64,000 nt of DNA, taken from contig JBEVJN010000065.1 of NCBI GenBank assembly GCA_040510135.1, positions 22,070-86,069 of the forward strand, given 5' to 3'. Positions 42,973 through 53,221 of this stretch are shown here, in pieces. This stretch comes from Acidimicrobiia bacterium (GTDB taxonomy: Bacteria > Actinomycetota > Acidimicrobiia > Spongiisociales > ZC4RG35). How positions within the stretch are numbered: position 1 is the stretch's first letter; every line of letters begins with the position of its first letter. The notes under the pieces were generated by a model, which saw nothing but the letters and a program-made list of their open reading frames with translations, was not told where the DNA came from and searched no databases. The translations under genes and the position numbers were made by a program.

Positions 42973-44861
42973 GACGCCACGTCCAATGTCCCGTCTCCGT
43001 GAACCGACATCCGGTCTCCACGCTCGAGCCAGACCGCCGAGTCCCGCTCGATCACGACTGCCGGGCCTTCGATCTGATCTCCTGGGGCCAGGGCCACCCT
43101 GGAATAGATCGGAACGTCGGACCTGCGGTCGACGACGGTCGGGGCTGAACTTGCCGTGACGAGAGGAAGGTCGGCCCATGTGATCGGGGAGCGACCGATG
43201 GCCTCGGCACGTACGTCGACGAGTTCGATCGCCTCACCAGCCCGGGTGAATCCGAACCGGGCCTGGTGCACGTCCTCGAACTCCTGACGAAGCCGTGCCC
43301 AGTCGGGGACGAGGCTCACCGGGAGCTCGTGTGACTGGCCGGCATACCTGACCTCTGCCCATGCTCTCAGGTTCAGCGGATCGCTCCCGTGGTCGGAGCG
43401 GTAGGTCCCCCTTGCCTCGTCGAGGATCTCTTCGGTCACCGGGGCCAGCCGGGTCGATCTCTCCTCGAGCATGACCGTTCGAATCGCATCACTGCTTGGG
43501 CTGGCCAACAGCAGTCCCAGTGCGGAGAACACGCCGGACAGGGGTGGGATCAGGGTCCTCCGCATGCCGAGCCGTCGGGCAAGACGAGTTGCGTGCAGCC
43601 CACCCGCTCCTCCGAACGCGACCAGGGCCGAGTTCCGGGGATCCACCCCTTCCTCCACCGACACCGCGCGCAGCGCCCGCTCCATGTGGGTGTCGACCAC
43701 CTCGATGATGCCGGCCGCCACCTCCTCGACTCCGATGCCTAGGTCGGCAGCGAGCAGTCCCAGAGCACGCCGCGCCGCCCAGATGTCGAGTGGGACCGAT
43801 CCGCCAAGGCTGAGATCGGCGGGAATGCGGCCGAGGACGACGTTCGCGTCGGTCACAGTGGCCACCACCCCACCGCGCCCATAAGCGGCCGGCCCCGGAT
43901 CGGCACCGGCCGAGGTCGGTCCCACCCGAAGCGCACCCCCATCGTCAACCCAGGCCAGACTCCCACCGCCGGCCCCGATTGTTCGCACCGGGATCGCCGG
44001 CACTCGATTGACCCTGCCAGCCCGGCTGTGGCCCGTCACCTGGATCGCACCGTTATCGACCCGGCAGACATCGGTCGATGTGCCGCCCATGTCGAAGCTG
44101 ATGATCGACTCGAAACCTCTGGCCCGGCCCACGGCGTTGGCGGCCACTACCCCGGCGGCAGGACCGGAGAGGACCAGTCGGCCGGCGTATGAGGAGGCCG
44201 AAGCAAAGGGGAGCAGTCCCCCCGACGAGGTCATCACAAGTCGCCGACTGCCTCCGACCCTGCGATCGAGACTGGACAGATATCCGGCTAGCTCCGGCGT
44301 CAGATAGGCATTGAGGACGGTGGTGGCGACCCGCTCGTACTCCCGGAATTGTGGCGACACCAATGCACCCACCGAGACGGGGACATCGAGCAGGCCCTGC
44401 AGCCTCTCGGCCAGATGGATCTCGTCGGATGGATCCTTGTAGGACCGAACCAGGGCGACCGCGACCGCCTCGGGAGTCGCCTGCACGACCAACTCTGTGA
44501 TGGCCTCGACGTCACCCGCGTACCCGAAACGCATGCTTCGGGGGGACAGTGCCACCGGTCGGTCTGCGAACGGGTCGTAAAGGGACGGGCGAGCCTGACG
44601 GCCGATCTCGAGAAGGTCCTCGAACCCACTCGTCGTGACCAGTGCCGTCGCTGCCCCCCTTCCTTCGATCAAAGCGTTGGTGCCGGCAGTCGTGCCGTGA
44701 AGAATCGTGGTCACGTCGTCGACCCGGTGCGAGAGCGCTCGGGACACGCCGTCGGATTGGTCGGGTGTGGTGCGCACCTTGTACCCAACGACCGACTCCC
44801 CATCGAGCACGACCACATCGGTGAATGTGCCCCCCACGTCCACCCCGACGACCCGGGACAC
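42969..44861 (-). CDS. hyuA: Hydantoinase A / oxoprolinase family protein
   Basis: VVGVDVGGTFTDVV N-terminus and HyuA-wide similarity. GTG 44861 is preceded by GGAGG. Confidence 0.85.
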   Translation of the reverse strand: MSRVVGVDVGGTFTDVVVLDGESVVGYKVRTTPDQSDGVSRALSHRVDDVTTILHGTTAGTNALIEGRGAATALVTTSGFEDLLEIGRQARPSLYDPFADRPVALSPRSMRFGYAGDVEAITELVVQATPEAVAVALVRSYKDPSDEIHLAERLQGLLDVPVSVGALVSPQFREYERVATTVLNAYLTPELAGYLSSLDRRVGGSRRLVMTSSGGLLPFASASSYAGRLVLSGPAAGVVAANAVGRARGFESIISFDMGGTSTDVCRVDNGAIQVTGHSRAGRVNRVPAIPVRTIGAGGGSLAWVDDGGALRVGPTSAGADPGPAAYGRGGVVATVTDANVVLGRIPADLSLGGSVPLDIWAARRALGLLAADLGIGVEEVAAGIIEVVDTHMERALRAVSVEEGVDPRNSALVAFGGAGGLHATRLARRLGMRRTLIPPLSGVFSALGLLLASPSSDAIRTVMLEERSTRLAPVTEEILDEARGTYRSDHGSDPLNLRAWAEVRYAGQSHELPVSLVPDWARLRQEFEDVHQARFGFTRAGEAIELVDVRAEAIGRSPITWADLPLVTASSAPTVVDRRSDVPIYSRVALAPGDQIEGPAVVIERDSAVWLERGDRMSVHGDGTLDVAS

Positions 44862-44881
44862 CGGATTAGCCTCCGCCGGAA

Positions 44882-45139
44882 ATGACAGTGATCGTTGCCC
44901 CCTCACCAAACCCCAATGCAATGAAATTCACCGTGGGAAAGTCGGTGGGCGGGCCGACGACCCATGTTGCCGGGACTCCGCCGGAGCAAGGGTTTGCACG
45001 CGATCTTCTTGCCATACCCGGCGTGATCAGCATTTTCTTGACCGCGGATTTCGTGACCATCTCCAAGACCTCAGACGTCCCCTGGGACTCGATCATTCCC
45101 GAGGCCACATCGATCCTAGAGGGGGAGTTCGGGGGCTGA
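44882..45139 (+). CDS. Nfu/NifU N-terminal domain protein
   Basis: 85 aa. PNPNAMKFTV...ARDLLAIPGVISIFLTADFVTISK is typical of the Nfu_N scaffold domain. Confidence 0.75.
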   Translation: MTVIVAPSPNPNAMKFTVGKSVGGPTTHVAGTPPEQGFARDLLAIPGVISIFLTADFVTISKTSDVPWDSIIPEATSILEGEFGG

Positions 45140-45973
45140 TCAGGAGGCAGGAACCGGCACTGAAACCGGACGGCTGACCCCATCGGGCATAACCGCGATT
45201 ACGACAACCTGCCACTCCCCGTCGGGAGTCTGCATCCCCCCAACGACCTCCGAGCCCCCTGACTGCTGGAGGGCGACGGAGCCCACCTCATCGGGAACCG
45301 GGGCCAGCGCCAGTTGGTGGGCTGGGCCGGGTTGTGCCGGGGAGACACGCGGGGCCATCACAACCTGGGCGGCATCGCCGGCGATGGACACGTCCACCGC
45401 GACCTGCAGCGGTGCCTGACGCTGGTACTCCGCATTTGCGGCGGCCGCCAACGTTCGGGCGAGAACCGTCACCCGATAGAGGAGCTCGCCGATCTCCTCC
45501 ACCGTCGAGGCGCGGACCCATTCCACGAACACCCTGGTGCCGTCTCCCGCCGCCGGAAGCGGCACACCGGCAGGGGTCAATGCGGCCAAGGTTGCTCTGC
45601 CTTCATCTGTTCCGTCAACAGTCAGATACTCGGCCACGAACCATTCGGCGTGGGCGACAGCGCGATCGATGATCCTCTCCGGATGGACCGCATAGAGATC
45701 GGCTTCTGCGGTCACGATCGGCGTGCTGGAGGCCACCGGCGGGGCCAACGCCTGAGGTGGAAGAGCCGGAGCAGCGGTGGTCTCAGGGCTGGCGGCGGCC
45801 ACCGACGATGCGACGGAAAGGGGCGCCGGCCGATTGCTCATGAACGAGTAGGCGAGTGCGCCGAGCACGACGGCTCCGGCCACCGCCATGATCAGCCACT
45901 GACGATCGGGCTTGTGCTCCTCCAGCGTTTCCCAGGGGATGCGCTCGTAGGTCTCGTTCCTCTCCGGCTCCAT
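45140..45973 (-). CDS. Membrane-anchored hypothetical protein
   Basis: A single TM helix (WLIMAVAGAVVLGALAYSF) follows an acidic N-terminus. The start is ATG 45973, with an alternative GTG at 46048. Confidence 0.5.
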   Translation of the reverse strand: MEPERNETYERIPWETLEEHKPDRQWLIMAVAGAVVLGALAYSFMSNRPAPLSVASSVAAASPETTAAPALPPQALAPPVASSTPIVTAEADLYAVHPERIIDRAVAHAEWFVAEYLTVDGTDEGRATLAALTPAGVPLPAAGDGTRVFVEWVRASTVEEIGELLYRVTVLARTLAAAANAEYQRQAPLQVAVDVSIAGDAAQVVMAPRVSPAQPGPAHQLALAPVPDEVGSVALQQSGGSEVVGGMQTPDGEWQVVVIAVMPDGVSRPVSVPVPAS

Positions 45974-46075
45974 CTCTCGAACGTAAGTGTCGGCGGCGAC
46001 GGGTTCAAGGGGTTTGAGAGGCCCCTGTGACGAGGCGCGGGGAACCACAAGGTGCCAGCTATCGTTTCGCCGGTC

Positions 46076-46693
46076 ATGGCTGTCAACCCCGACCCGAAGC
46101 CGGGCCGCTGGATCCTCCCCTTGGTCATTTTGGGAATGATCGCGTTCACCTATTTCTTCGTCCGCTCACTGCCCGAGGCCTCGCCCGACACGACGCTGGC
46201 GGCCGGTGACACGACGCCGACGACCGTCGGCGGTGGTGACGGCCCCACCACCACGAGCGGTCCGGGGGGCACGGGCTCGATCCCCGACGCGGCCGCTGCA
46301 TACCTTGGCGAGCTGGACCGAATCAATGGTGAGTTCCAGGCTCTGAACAACGAGCTCGTCGCGGTCAACACCGGATTCGACGCCGACCCCCGGGAGATCG
46401 AGTTCGGAGACGCCGAGACCAGAATGGAGGCGGTGGCGACCTCGTCACAGGCTCTTTCCGATCAGGTGGCGGCGCTCGTGCCCCCGGCAGGCCTCGAAGC
46501 CAATCAGGAAGCGTTGGCGGCGGCGGCAAGCCTTGCGGCGCGGGCCGCAGGCGAGGCCCTCTCGGGTCTCCAGTCGGCAGACCCCGGGGACCTCCGTCGA
46601 GCCGCGGTGACTGCTTTTACCGGTGCCGTAGCGGACTTCGATGTCGAAGTGCAGAATGCTCGCACCGCAGCGGGGGCGGCACCCGACGCCTGA
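46076..46693 (+). CDS. Membrane-anchored hypothetical protein
   Basis: The N-terminal TM helix is WILPLVILGMIAFTYFFV, followed by a Gly/Thr-rich linker and an Ala-rich helical domain. The start is ATG 46076, with an alternative GTG at 46052. Confidence 0.5.
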   Translation: MAVNPDPKPGRWILPLVILGMIAFTYFFVRSLPEASPDTTLAAGDTTPTTVGGGDGPTTTSGPGGTGSIPDAAAAYLGELDRINGEFQALNNELVAVNTGFDADPREIEFGDAETRMEAVATSSQALSDQVAALVPPAGLEANQEALAAAASLAARAAGEALSGLQSADPGDLRRAAVTAFTGAVADFDVEVQNARTAAGAAPDA

Positions 46694-47907
46694 TGGCCGT
46701 CGAGATCCGGGCCATCCGGCCCGACGAGTTCGAAGAGATGCGACGGACCATGGGTCTGGTGTTCGGCTTCGATCCACCGGAGGGAGACGGTCGGTTCCTA
46801 CGTCTGCTCCCACTCGACCGAACGCGCTGCGGATTCGATGGCGGACGGATGATCAGCACATCCGGTGCCTTCAGCCTCGTGATGACCGTGCCCGGAGCGC
46901 AGGTCCCTTGCGGCGGGACCACCGCGGTGGCAGTGGCGCCTACCAATCGGCGCCGGGGTGTGCTCCGGGAGATGATGAGTGCCCATCTCGACGATGTGAA
47001 GGAGCACGGGGAGCCAATAGCCGCCTTGTGGGCGTCTGACAGCGCCATCTACGGCCGGTTCGGGTATGGGTGCGCCTCCATCTGTTACGACGTCGAAGTC
47101 AAGCCACAGCACGCCACATCGAGCCGTCTTGCGCCCGAGTCCGGCCAATCACGGCTGATCGAGCGGGCCGAGGCACTCGAGATCGTCCCGCCGCTGTACG
47201 ACCGTCTCCGCAAGGGGATCCCGGGGTTCTTCGCCAGGACCCCCAAATGGTGGGAGGACCGCTCGTTCCGCGAGAGCGGATCCTCCGGCGGCGGCAGCAC
47301 CGCTCTCCGCTATGCGGTCGTCGATGGGGATGACGGAATCTCGGGTTTCGCCTCCTTCCGAACGAAGGCGCATTGGGACGAGGGCCATGGCTCGGGGACG
47401 GTGACCGTGCACGACCTTTTCGCTGACACACCTCGAGCCTGGGCGGGAATCTGGTCACTGGTGACCAATCAGGACCTCGTGGTTCGAGCCAAGGCGGGTC
47501 TCCGGCCGCCGTGGGACCCGATCTTCGACCTGCTGGCGGGGACGCGCAGGGCTCATGCTTTTCGAAATGACGCGCTTTGGGTGCGCTTGATGGATGTCGC
47601 CGGTGCGCTGACAGCCCGCTCGTACTCGGCCCCGCTCGACGTTGTGTTGGGCATCGAGGACCCGCTCGACGATGTCACCGGCTCGTACCGGCTTCGCGCC
47701 GACTCTGACGGCGCCGAATGTGCGCTAACGACCGACGAGCCGGCAGTCTTTCTCGACCTCGAGGATCTGAGCGCGGGGTACATGGGACGGCCTCGATTCA
47801 GACAATGGGCCCGCGCCGGCCGCCTGAGTGGCGCCGATGATGCCCTGACCTCGTTGGACGCCGCTTTCGCCTGGGACCCGCAGCCGTGGTGCCCGGAGAT
47901 CTTCTGA
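46693..47907 (+). CDS. Eis-like GNAT acetyltransferase (GNAT + SCP2-like C-terminal domain)
   Basis: 404 aa with IRAIRPDEF...GGTTAVAVAPTNRRRGVLREMM...ALWASDSAIYGRFGYG. The start overlaps the upstream stop by 1 nt. Confidence 0.75.
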   Translation: MAVEIRAIRPDEFEEMRRTMGLVFGFDPPEGDGRFLRLLPLDRTRCGFDGGRMISTSGAFSLVMTVPGAQVPCGGTTAVAVAPTNRRRGVLREMMSAHLDDVKEHGEPIAALWASDSAIYGRFGYGCASICYDVEVKPQHATSSRLAPESGQSRLIERAEALEIVPPLYDRLRKGIPGFFARTPKWWEDRSFRESGSSGGGSTALRYAVVDGDDGISGFASFRTKAHWDEGHGSGTVTVHDLFADTPRAWAGIWSLVTNQDLVVRAKAGLRPPWDPIFDLLAGTRRAHAFRNDALWVRLMDVAGALTARSYSAPLDVVLGIEDPLDDVTGSYRLRADSDGAECALTTDEPAVFLDLEDLSAGYMGRPRFRQWARAGRLSGADDALTSLDAAFAWDPQPWCPEIF

Positions 47908-47916
47908 GGGCAACAC

Positions 47917-47942
47917 GAGGGCCCGTCTGCCGACGGACCCTC
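47917..47942 (+). terminator. Hairpin after the Eis-like gene
   Basis: GAGGGCCCGTC-TGCC-GACGGACCCTC is an 11-bp stem with 1 mismatch, 10 nt after the stop at 47907. Confidence 0.5.
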
Positions 47943-47946
47943 GGTC

Positions 47947-47980
47947 CACGTACTACGCAGAACGTAGGACGTAAGACGTG
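47947..47980 (-). repeat. ACGT-containing heptamer tract following the glnA terminator hairpin
   Basis: Minus strand reads CACG TCTTACG TCCTACG TTCTGCG TAGTACG TG, four tandem heptamers related to TTCTACG. Confidence 0.7.
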
Positions 47981-48005
47981 AGTTGAGGCCCAAGGGGCCT
48001 CAACT
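47981..48005 (-). terminator. glnA terminator hairpin
   Basis: AGTTGAGGCCC-AAG-GGGCCTCAACT is an 11-bp perfect stem that touches the glnA stop codon (48005-48007). Confidence 0.7.
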
Positions 48006-49429
48006 CAAATGTCGTAATAGAGGTGGAATTCGTACGGGTGCGGACGCAGACGCACCGGGTCGACCTCGTGCTCGATCTTGTAGTCGATCCAGGCTTCGAT
48101 CAGCTCCTGGGAGAAGACCCCGCCCTGGAGCAGGAACTCATGATCCGCTTTCAGGGCATCCAGGGCCTCGGGCAGACTCCCCGGCACCGACGGGAGGCCT
48201 GCCAATTCGGCAGGCGGCAGATCGTAGATGTCCTTGTCCACGGGCTCATGGGGCTCGATCCGGTTCTGGACCCCGTCGAGTCCCGCCATGAGCATGGCGG
48301 AGAAGGCGAGGTATGGGTTGCACGAGGGGTCCGGGCAGCGGAACTCGAGCCGCTTGGCACCGGGAGCCTGTGAGTACTGGGGGATCCTGATCGCCGCCGA
48401 CCGATTCCGACTCGAGTAGACCAGGTTCACCGGCGCCTCGTAACCGGGCACCAGGCGGTGATAGGAGTTTGTCGTCGGCGCCGCAAAGGCGAGTATCGCC
48501 GCGGCGTGCTTCAGCAACCCGCCGATGTACCACCGCGCCATGTCGGACAGACCGGCATAGCCCCCCTCGTCGAAGAACAGTGGCTCGCCGTCCTTCCACA
48601 GCGACTGGTGAGTGTGCATGCCGGAACCGTTGTCCTCGAAGATCGGCTTGGGCATAAAGGTGACCGACTTGCCGTACTCCCAGGCGGTGTTCTTCACGAT
48701 GTACTTGTAGAGCGTGACGTTGTCCGCGGTGCGGAGCAGGGTGTCGTACCGCATGTCGATCTCCGCCTGGCCGGCGGTGCCCACCTCGTGGTGCTGCACC
48801 TCGATTTCGATGCCGGCCGCCTCCAGGTTGGCAGTCATCTCCGACCGGAGGTCCTGGAAGTGGTCGGTGGGTGGGACGGGGAAATAGCCTTCCTTGTATC
48901 TGGGCTTGTAACCGAGGTTGCCCCCCTCCTCGAACTCGCCTGAGTTCCAGGCGCCCTCCACCGAGTCGACGAAGTAGTAGCCAGAGAACTGGTTCTGCCC
49001 GAATCGGACGTCGTCGAAGATGTAGAACTCGGCCTCGGGACCCCAATAGGAGGTGTCGGCGAGACCGGTGCTGATCAAGTACTCCTCGGCCTTCCTCGCC
49101 ACGTACCTGGGGTCACGGTCATAGGGGGTGCCGGTGATCGGGTCGTTGACGAAGCAATAGAGGATGAGAGTCTTGCGAGCACGGAAAGGGTCGTCGATGG
49201 CAGTGCCCGGGTCCGGGATCAGGATCATGTCCGATTCCTGGATCTGCTGGAAGCCCCGGATCGACGAGCCGTCGAATCCAAACCCGGCCTCGAACGAATC
49301 CTCGGTCAACTGCTTGACCGGAACGGTGAAATGCTGGACCTGACCAGGCAGATCGCAGAATCGAAGATCGACGAACTCGTATCCCTCGTCGGCGACGAGG
49401 GACAAGACGTCGGCAGCCGTCTTGCTCAC
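48005..49429 (-). CDS. glnA: Glutamine synthetase, type I
   Basis: 474 aa with GSI-wide similarity ([23 protein letters not shown] and the adenylylation-loop region). GTG start preceded by AAAGGAG. Confidence 0.95.
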   Translation of the reverse strand: MSKTAADVLSLVADEGYEFVDLRFCDLPGQVQHFTVPVKQLTEDSFEAGFGFDGSSIRGFQQIQESDMILIPDPGTAIDDPFRARKTLILYCFVNDPITGTPYDRDPRYVARKAEEYLISTGLADTSYWGPEAEFYIFDDVRFGQNQFSGYYFVDSVEGAWNSGEFEEGGNLGYKPRYKEGYFPVPPTDHFQDLRSEMTANLEAAGIEIEVQHHEVGTAGQAEIDMRYDTLLRTADNVTLYKYIVKNTAWEYGKSVTFMPKPIFEDNGSGMHTHQSLWKDGEPLFFDEGGYAGLSDMARWYIGGLLKHAAAILAFAAPTTNSYHRLVPGYEAPVNLVYSSRNRSAAIRIPQYSQAPGAKRLEFRCPDPSCNPYLAFSAMLMAGLDGVQNRIEPHEPVDKDIYDLPPAELAGLPSVPGSLPEALDALKADHEFLLQGGVFSQELIEAWIDYKIEHEVDPVRLRPHPYEFHLYYDI

Positions 49430-49447
49430 GGTGCTCCTTTCGGTTGG

Positions 49448-49514
49448 GTTGCGAAGCGTGAACGTGGAGGTTTTAGCCCGTTCCCCGTTTCCATGCCGTT
49501 GCTGGACCGTGAAC
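49448..49514 (-). promoter_or_regulatory. Candidate GlnR-type operator repeats upstream of glnA
   Basis: The minus strand carries GTTCAC-N6-GCAAC (49514-49498) and GTTCAC-N5-GCAAC (49463-49448), 50 bp apart. Extra GAAAC half-sites are present. This resembles the actinobacterial gTnAc-n6-GaAAc GlnR box. Confidence 0.3.
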
Positions 49515-49530
49515 GCTGTGTTTCATGCTT

Positions 49531-49671
49531 GATTGCCGACGGGTCACTTGGCCACGCGGCGGCAGCCCCCGGCCGACCGGCGTCTATTTGCCCGAGGCTG
49601 TGTCAGCGCGCTGGGAGTTTTCGCTCCAAACCTGAGGTTTGACCTCGGGCAAAGTCGGCCGCCAATTAAGG
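49531..49671 (-). repeat. Copy A of a ~145-nt nested-palindrome intergenic element (MITE/REP-like or structured RNA)
   Basis: Its reverse complement aligns with 56813-56961. The shared blocks are CCTTrATTGsCGGCCGACTTTGCCCGAG, CTCGGGCAAwyAGACGCCGGTCGGCCGGrGCTGCCGCCGCGT and GTCGGC..AATC. The central loop differs. Confidence 0.8.
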
Positions 49672-49676
49672 CAGCT

Positions 49677-50654
49677 TCACAACCAATCATTGCGACGGAA
49701 GATGAGATAGAGACCGGTCGAGACGCCGATGATCAGCAAGGTCGACCAGATGACGCCGGAGATCTCGCCGGATCCCGGGTAGGGGACGTTCATCCCGTAG
49801 TAGCCGGTGATCAATGCCGGAACCGCGATGATCGCCGCCCAGCCCGATACTTTCTTCACGATCAGGTTCTGCCGGTAGTCACGGAGGCTGAAGTTGGTCT
49901 CGACTATGGCTGTGACCAGGTCGCGCAGTGAATCGGAAGACTCGCTTACCCGGAGAATGTGGTCGTAGACGTCTTGAAAGTAGGGATAGAGGCCCTCGGG
50001 GACGATGTCTTGCTCGTGACGCATCAAAGCGCTCACCGTCTCTCGCATCGGCACCGCCAGGCGGTGAAAACGAACCGTCGCTCGGCGCATCTCGAACCAG
50101 TGCCGCTGACGTGATGGCTCCAGCGGTCGCTCGGCGAATATGTCTTCGCTCACCCGCTCGTAGAAGTCGTCGAACTCGGAGAGGACGGCGAAGTAGTCGT
50201 CGACGATGACGTCGAGCAACCCGTAAAGAAGGAAGCCGACGCCAAATCTCATCAGACCCGGCGACCGGTCCCAACGGGCGAGGACCCTGTCCATCGGGAC
50301 CCCGTCGGTCTTGCGCACCGTTATCAACCAGCGATCGTTGAAGAAGGCATTCACCTCGGTCTCGTCGAGCCGAGCCGCATCCAGATCGACGGCAACGTGA
50401 TAAGTGGTGAGAAAGAGGTGGGTCGGGTATCGGTCGACCTTTGGGCGCTGACCCTGGCCCACCGCGTCTTCTACGGCCAATTCGTGCAGGCCGAGTTCCT
50501 CGGCCAGGTCGAGCAGCTCCTTCTTCGACGGCCCGATGAGATCGACCCAGATGATCGTTTCGGGCTCATCCAGGTACTCGGACACATCTGCAACCGGAAA
50601 GTCCTCATCCGCTAATTGCCCGCTCCGATAGGCCCTGGTCGATGTCTTGCTCAT
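49677..50654 (-). CDS. corA: CorA-family magnesium/cobalt transporter
   Basis: 325 aa with the YGMNV signature followed by two C-terminal TM helices. Confidence 0.9.
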   Translation of the reverse strand: MSKTSTRAYRSGQLADEDFPVADVSEYLDEPETIIWVDLIGPSKKELLDLAEELGLHELAVEDAVGQGQRPKVDRYPTHLFLTTYHVAVDLDAARLDETEVNAFFNDRWLITVRKTDGVPMDRVLARWDRSPGLMRFGVGFLLYGLLDVIVDDYFAVLSEFDDFYERVSEDIFAERPLEPSRQRHWFEMRRATVRFHRLAVPMRETVSALMRHEQDIVPEGLYPYFQDVYDHILRVSESSDSLRDLVTAIVETNFSLRDYRQNLIVKKVSGWAAIIAVPALITGYYGMNVPYPGSGEISGVIWSTLLIIGVSTGLYLIFRRNDWL

Positions 50655-50735
50655 ATTGCCGGCGACAGACTACGGGTCGCCGGCGCCGCCTGATGGCCAA
50701 GGGGAGCCCCGTCCTGACTACCGTCGCTCCACGTC

Positions 50736-52006
<1,271 letters not shown>

Positions 52007-52010
<4 letters not shown>

Positions 52011-53221
52011 GGGTCCTCCTGGTCGGCAATGGCGGACGGGAGCACGCCCTGGGCTGGAAGCTGGCGTCGTCGCCCCGGGTAGACGATCTCATCTCCCTTC
52101 CCGGCAACCCCGGTCTCGGCACACTCGGGGCCGTGGTGGATGGGATCCCGGCAACGGATGTCGGTGCGATCGCCGCGATGGCTCGGGTACAAGCGGTGGA
52201 TCTGGTCGTGGTCGGCCCAGAAGCGCCTCTGGCCGCCGGCGTCGTCGACGCGGTTTCGGCTCTCGGCATCCCCGTTTTCGGACCCACCCGAGCTGCGGCG
52301 CGGCTGGAGTCGTCGAAGAAGTTCGCGAAAGAGGTCATGGCCCGGGCCGGGGTGACAACCGCGGCATCGGAGTCGTTCACCGAGCCGGGCCCGGCCCGGG
52401 AGTATCTCGTCCGCCGTGACGGCCCCTTTGTGGTCAAGGCGGACGGTTTGGCCGCCGGCAAGGGCGTGCTTGTCACCGACGACCGCGAGGAAGCGGCGAG
52501 CTGGGCTGAGCGATGGCTCGAAGTCGGCCCGATCATCGTCGAGGACTTCCTGGACGGGCCCGAGGTGAGCGTGTTCGCCGTTTGCACCGACGAGGGGGCG
52601 ACGCCATTGGAGCCGGCCCGTGACTACAAGCGGCTGCTCGACGGCGACCAAGGCCCGAATACGGGGGGGATGGGGTCGTACTCGCCGGTATCCAGCCTGC
52701 CGGACGGTCTCGCCGACGACGTGATGCGCGCCGTCGTCGATCCGACTGTTCGCCAGATGGAGGAAGAGGGGAGCCGTTTCCGGGGATTTCTCTATGTAGG
52801 TCTGGCCCTCACCGCCGAGGGCCCGAAGGTGCTCGAGTTCAATGTTCGATTGGGCGACCCCGAGACCCAGGCCATCCTCCCCCGCATGACGAGCGACCTG
52901 GTCGACGTCATCGAAGGGGCGGCGCCCGAGTGGACCCGGGACGCGACCGTCAATGTCGTCCTGGCCGCCGAGGGTTACCCGGAAGCACCGATCAAGGGAG
53001 CCTCGATCCGGGGGATCGATGCCGTGCCCAATGACGTGCTGGTGTTCCACGCGGGCACGCGGTTGGAGGGAAAACGGCTGCTCGTGGACGGTGGCCGGGT
53101 GCTCGACCTGGTCGGAATCGGCGACTCAGTCGGCGAAGCCCGCGAACGTGCCTATGAGGCCGTCGCCGCGGTCAACTGGCCAGGAATGCAGCACCGGGCA
53201 GACATCGCCGCTCAGTCGTAG
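52007..53221 (+). CDS. purD: Phosphoribosylamine--glycine ligase
   Basis: MRVLLVGNGGREHALGWKL N-terminus and an ATP-grasp body. ATGA overlap with the purA stop. The ORF-track start at 51650 lies inside purA. Confidence 0.93.

Noticed and set aside
49533-49931. 132-aa ORF (+) whose N-terminus resembles the N-terminal extension of ORF 55587-56987 (ADRRL.AR.CV ... LGQSRP.IK), which looked like a small paralogous protein family.
   Set aside because: The similarity is confined to the ~145-nt DNA repeat element. It stops where the element stops. The rest of the ORF is antisense to corA. The real YcaQ start is ATG 56771.
50657-50690. ATTGCCGGCGAC...GTCGCCGGCG hairpin in the corA-purA intergenic region, resembling the terminal repeat (GATTGCCGGCCGAC) of the 145-nt element.
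   Set aside because: Only about 12 nt of similarity and none of the internal conserved blocks. It may be a solo remnant or a coincidence of GC-rich palindromes.
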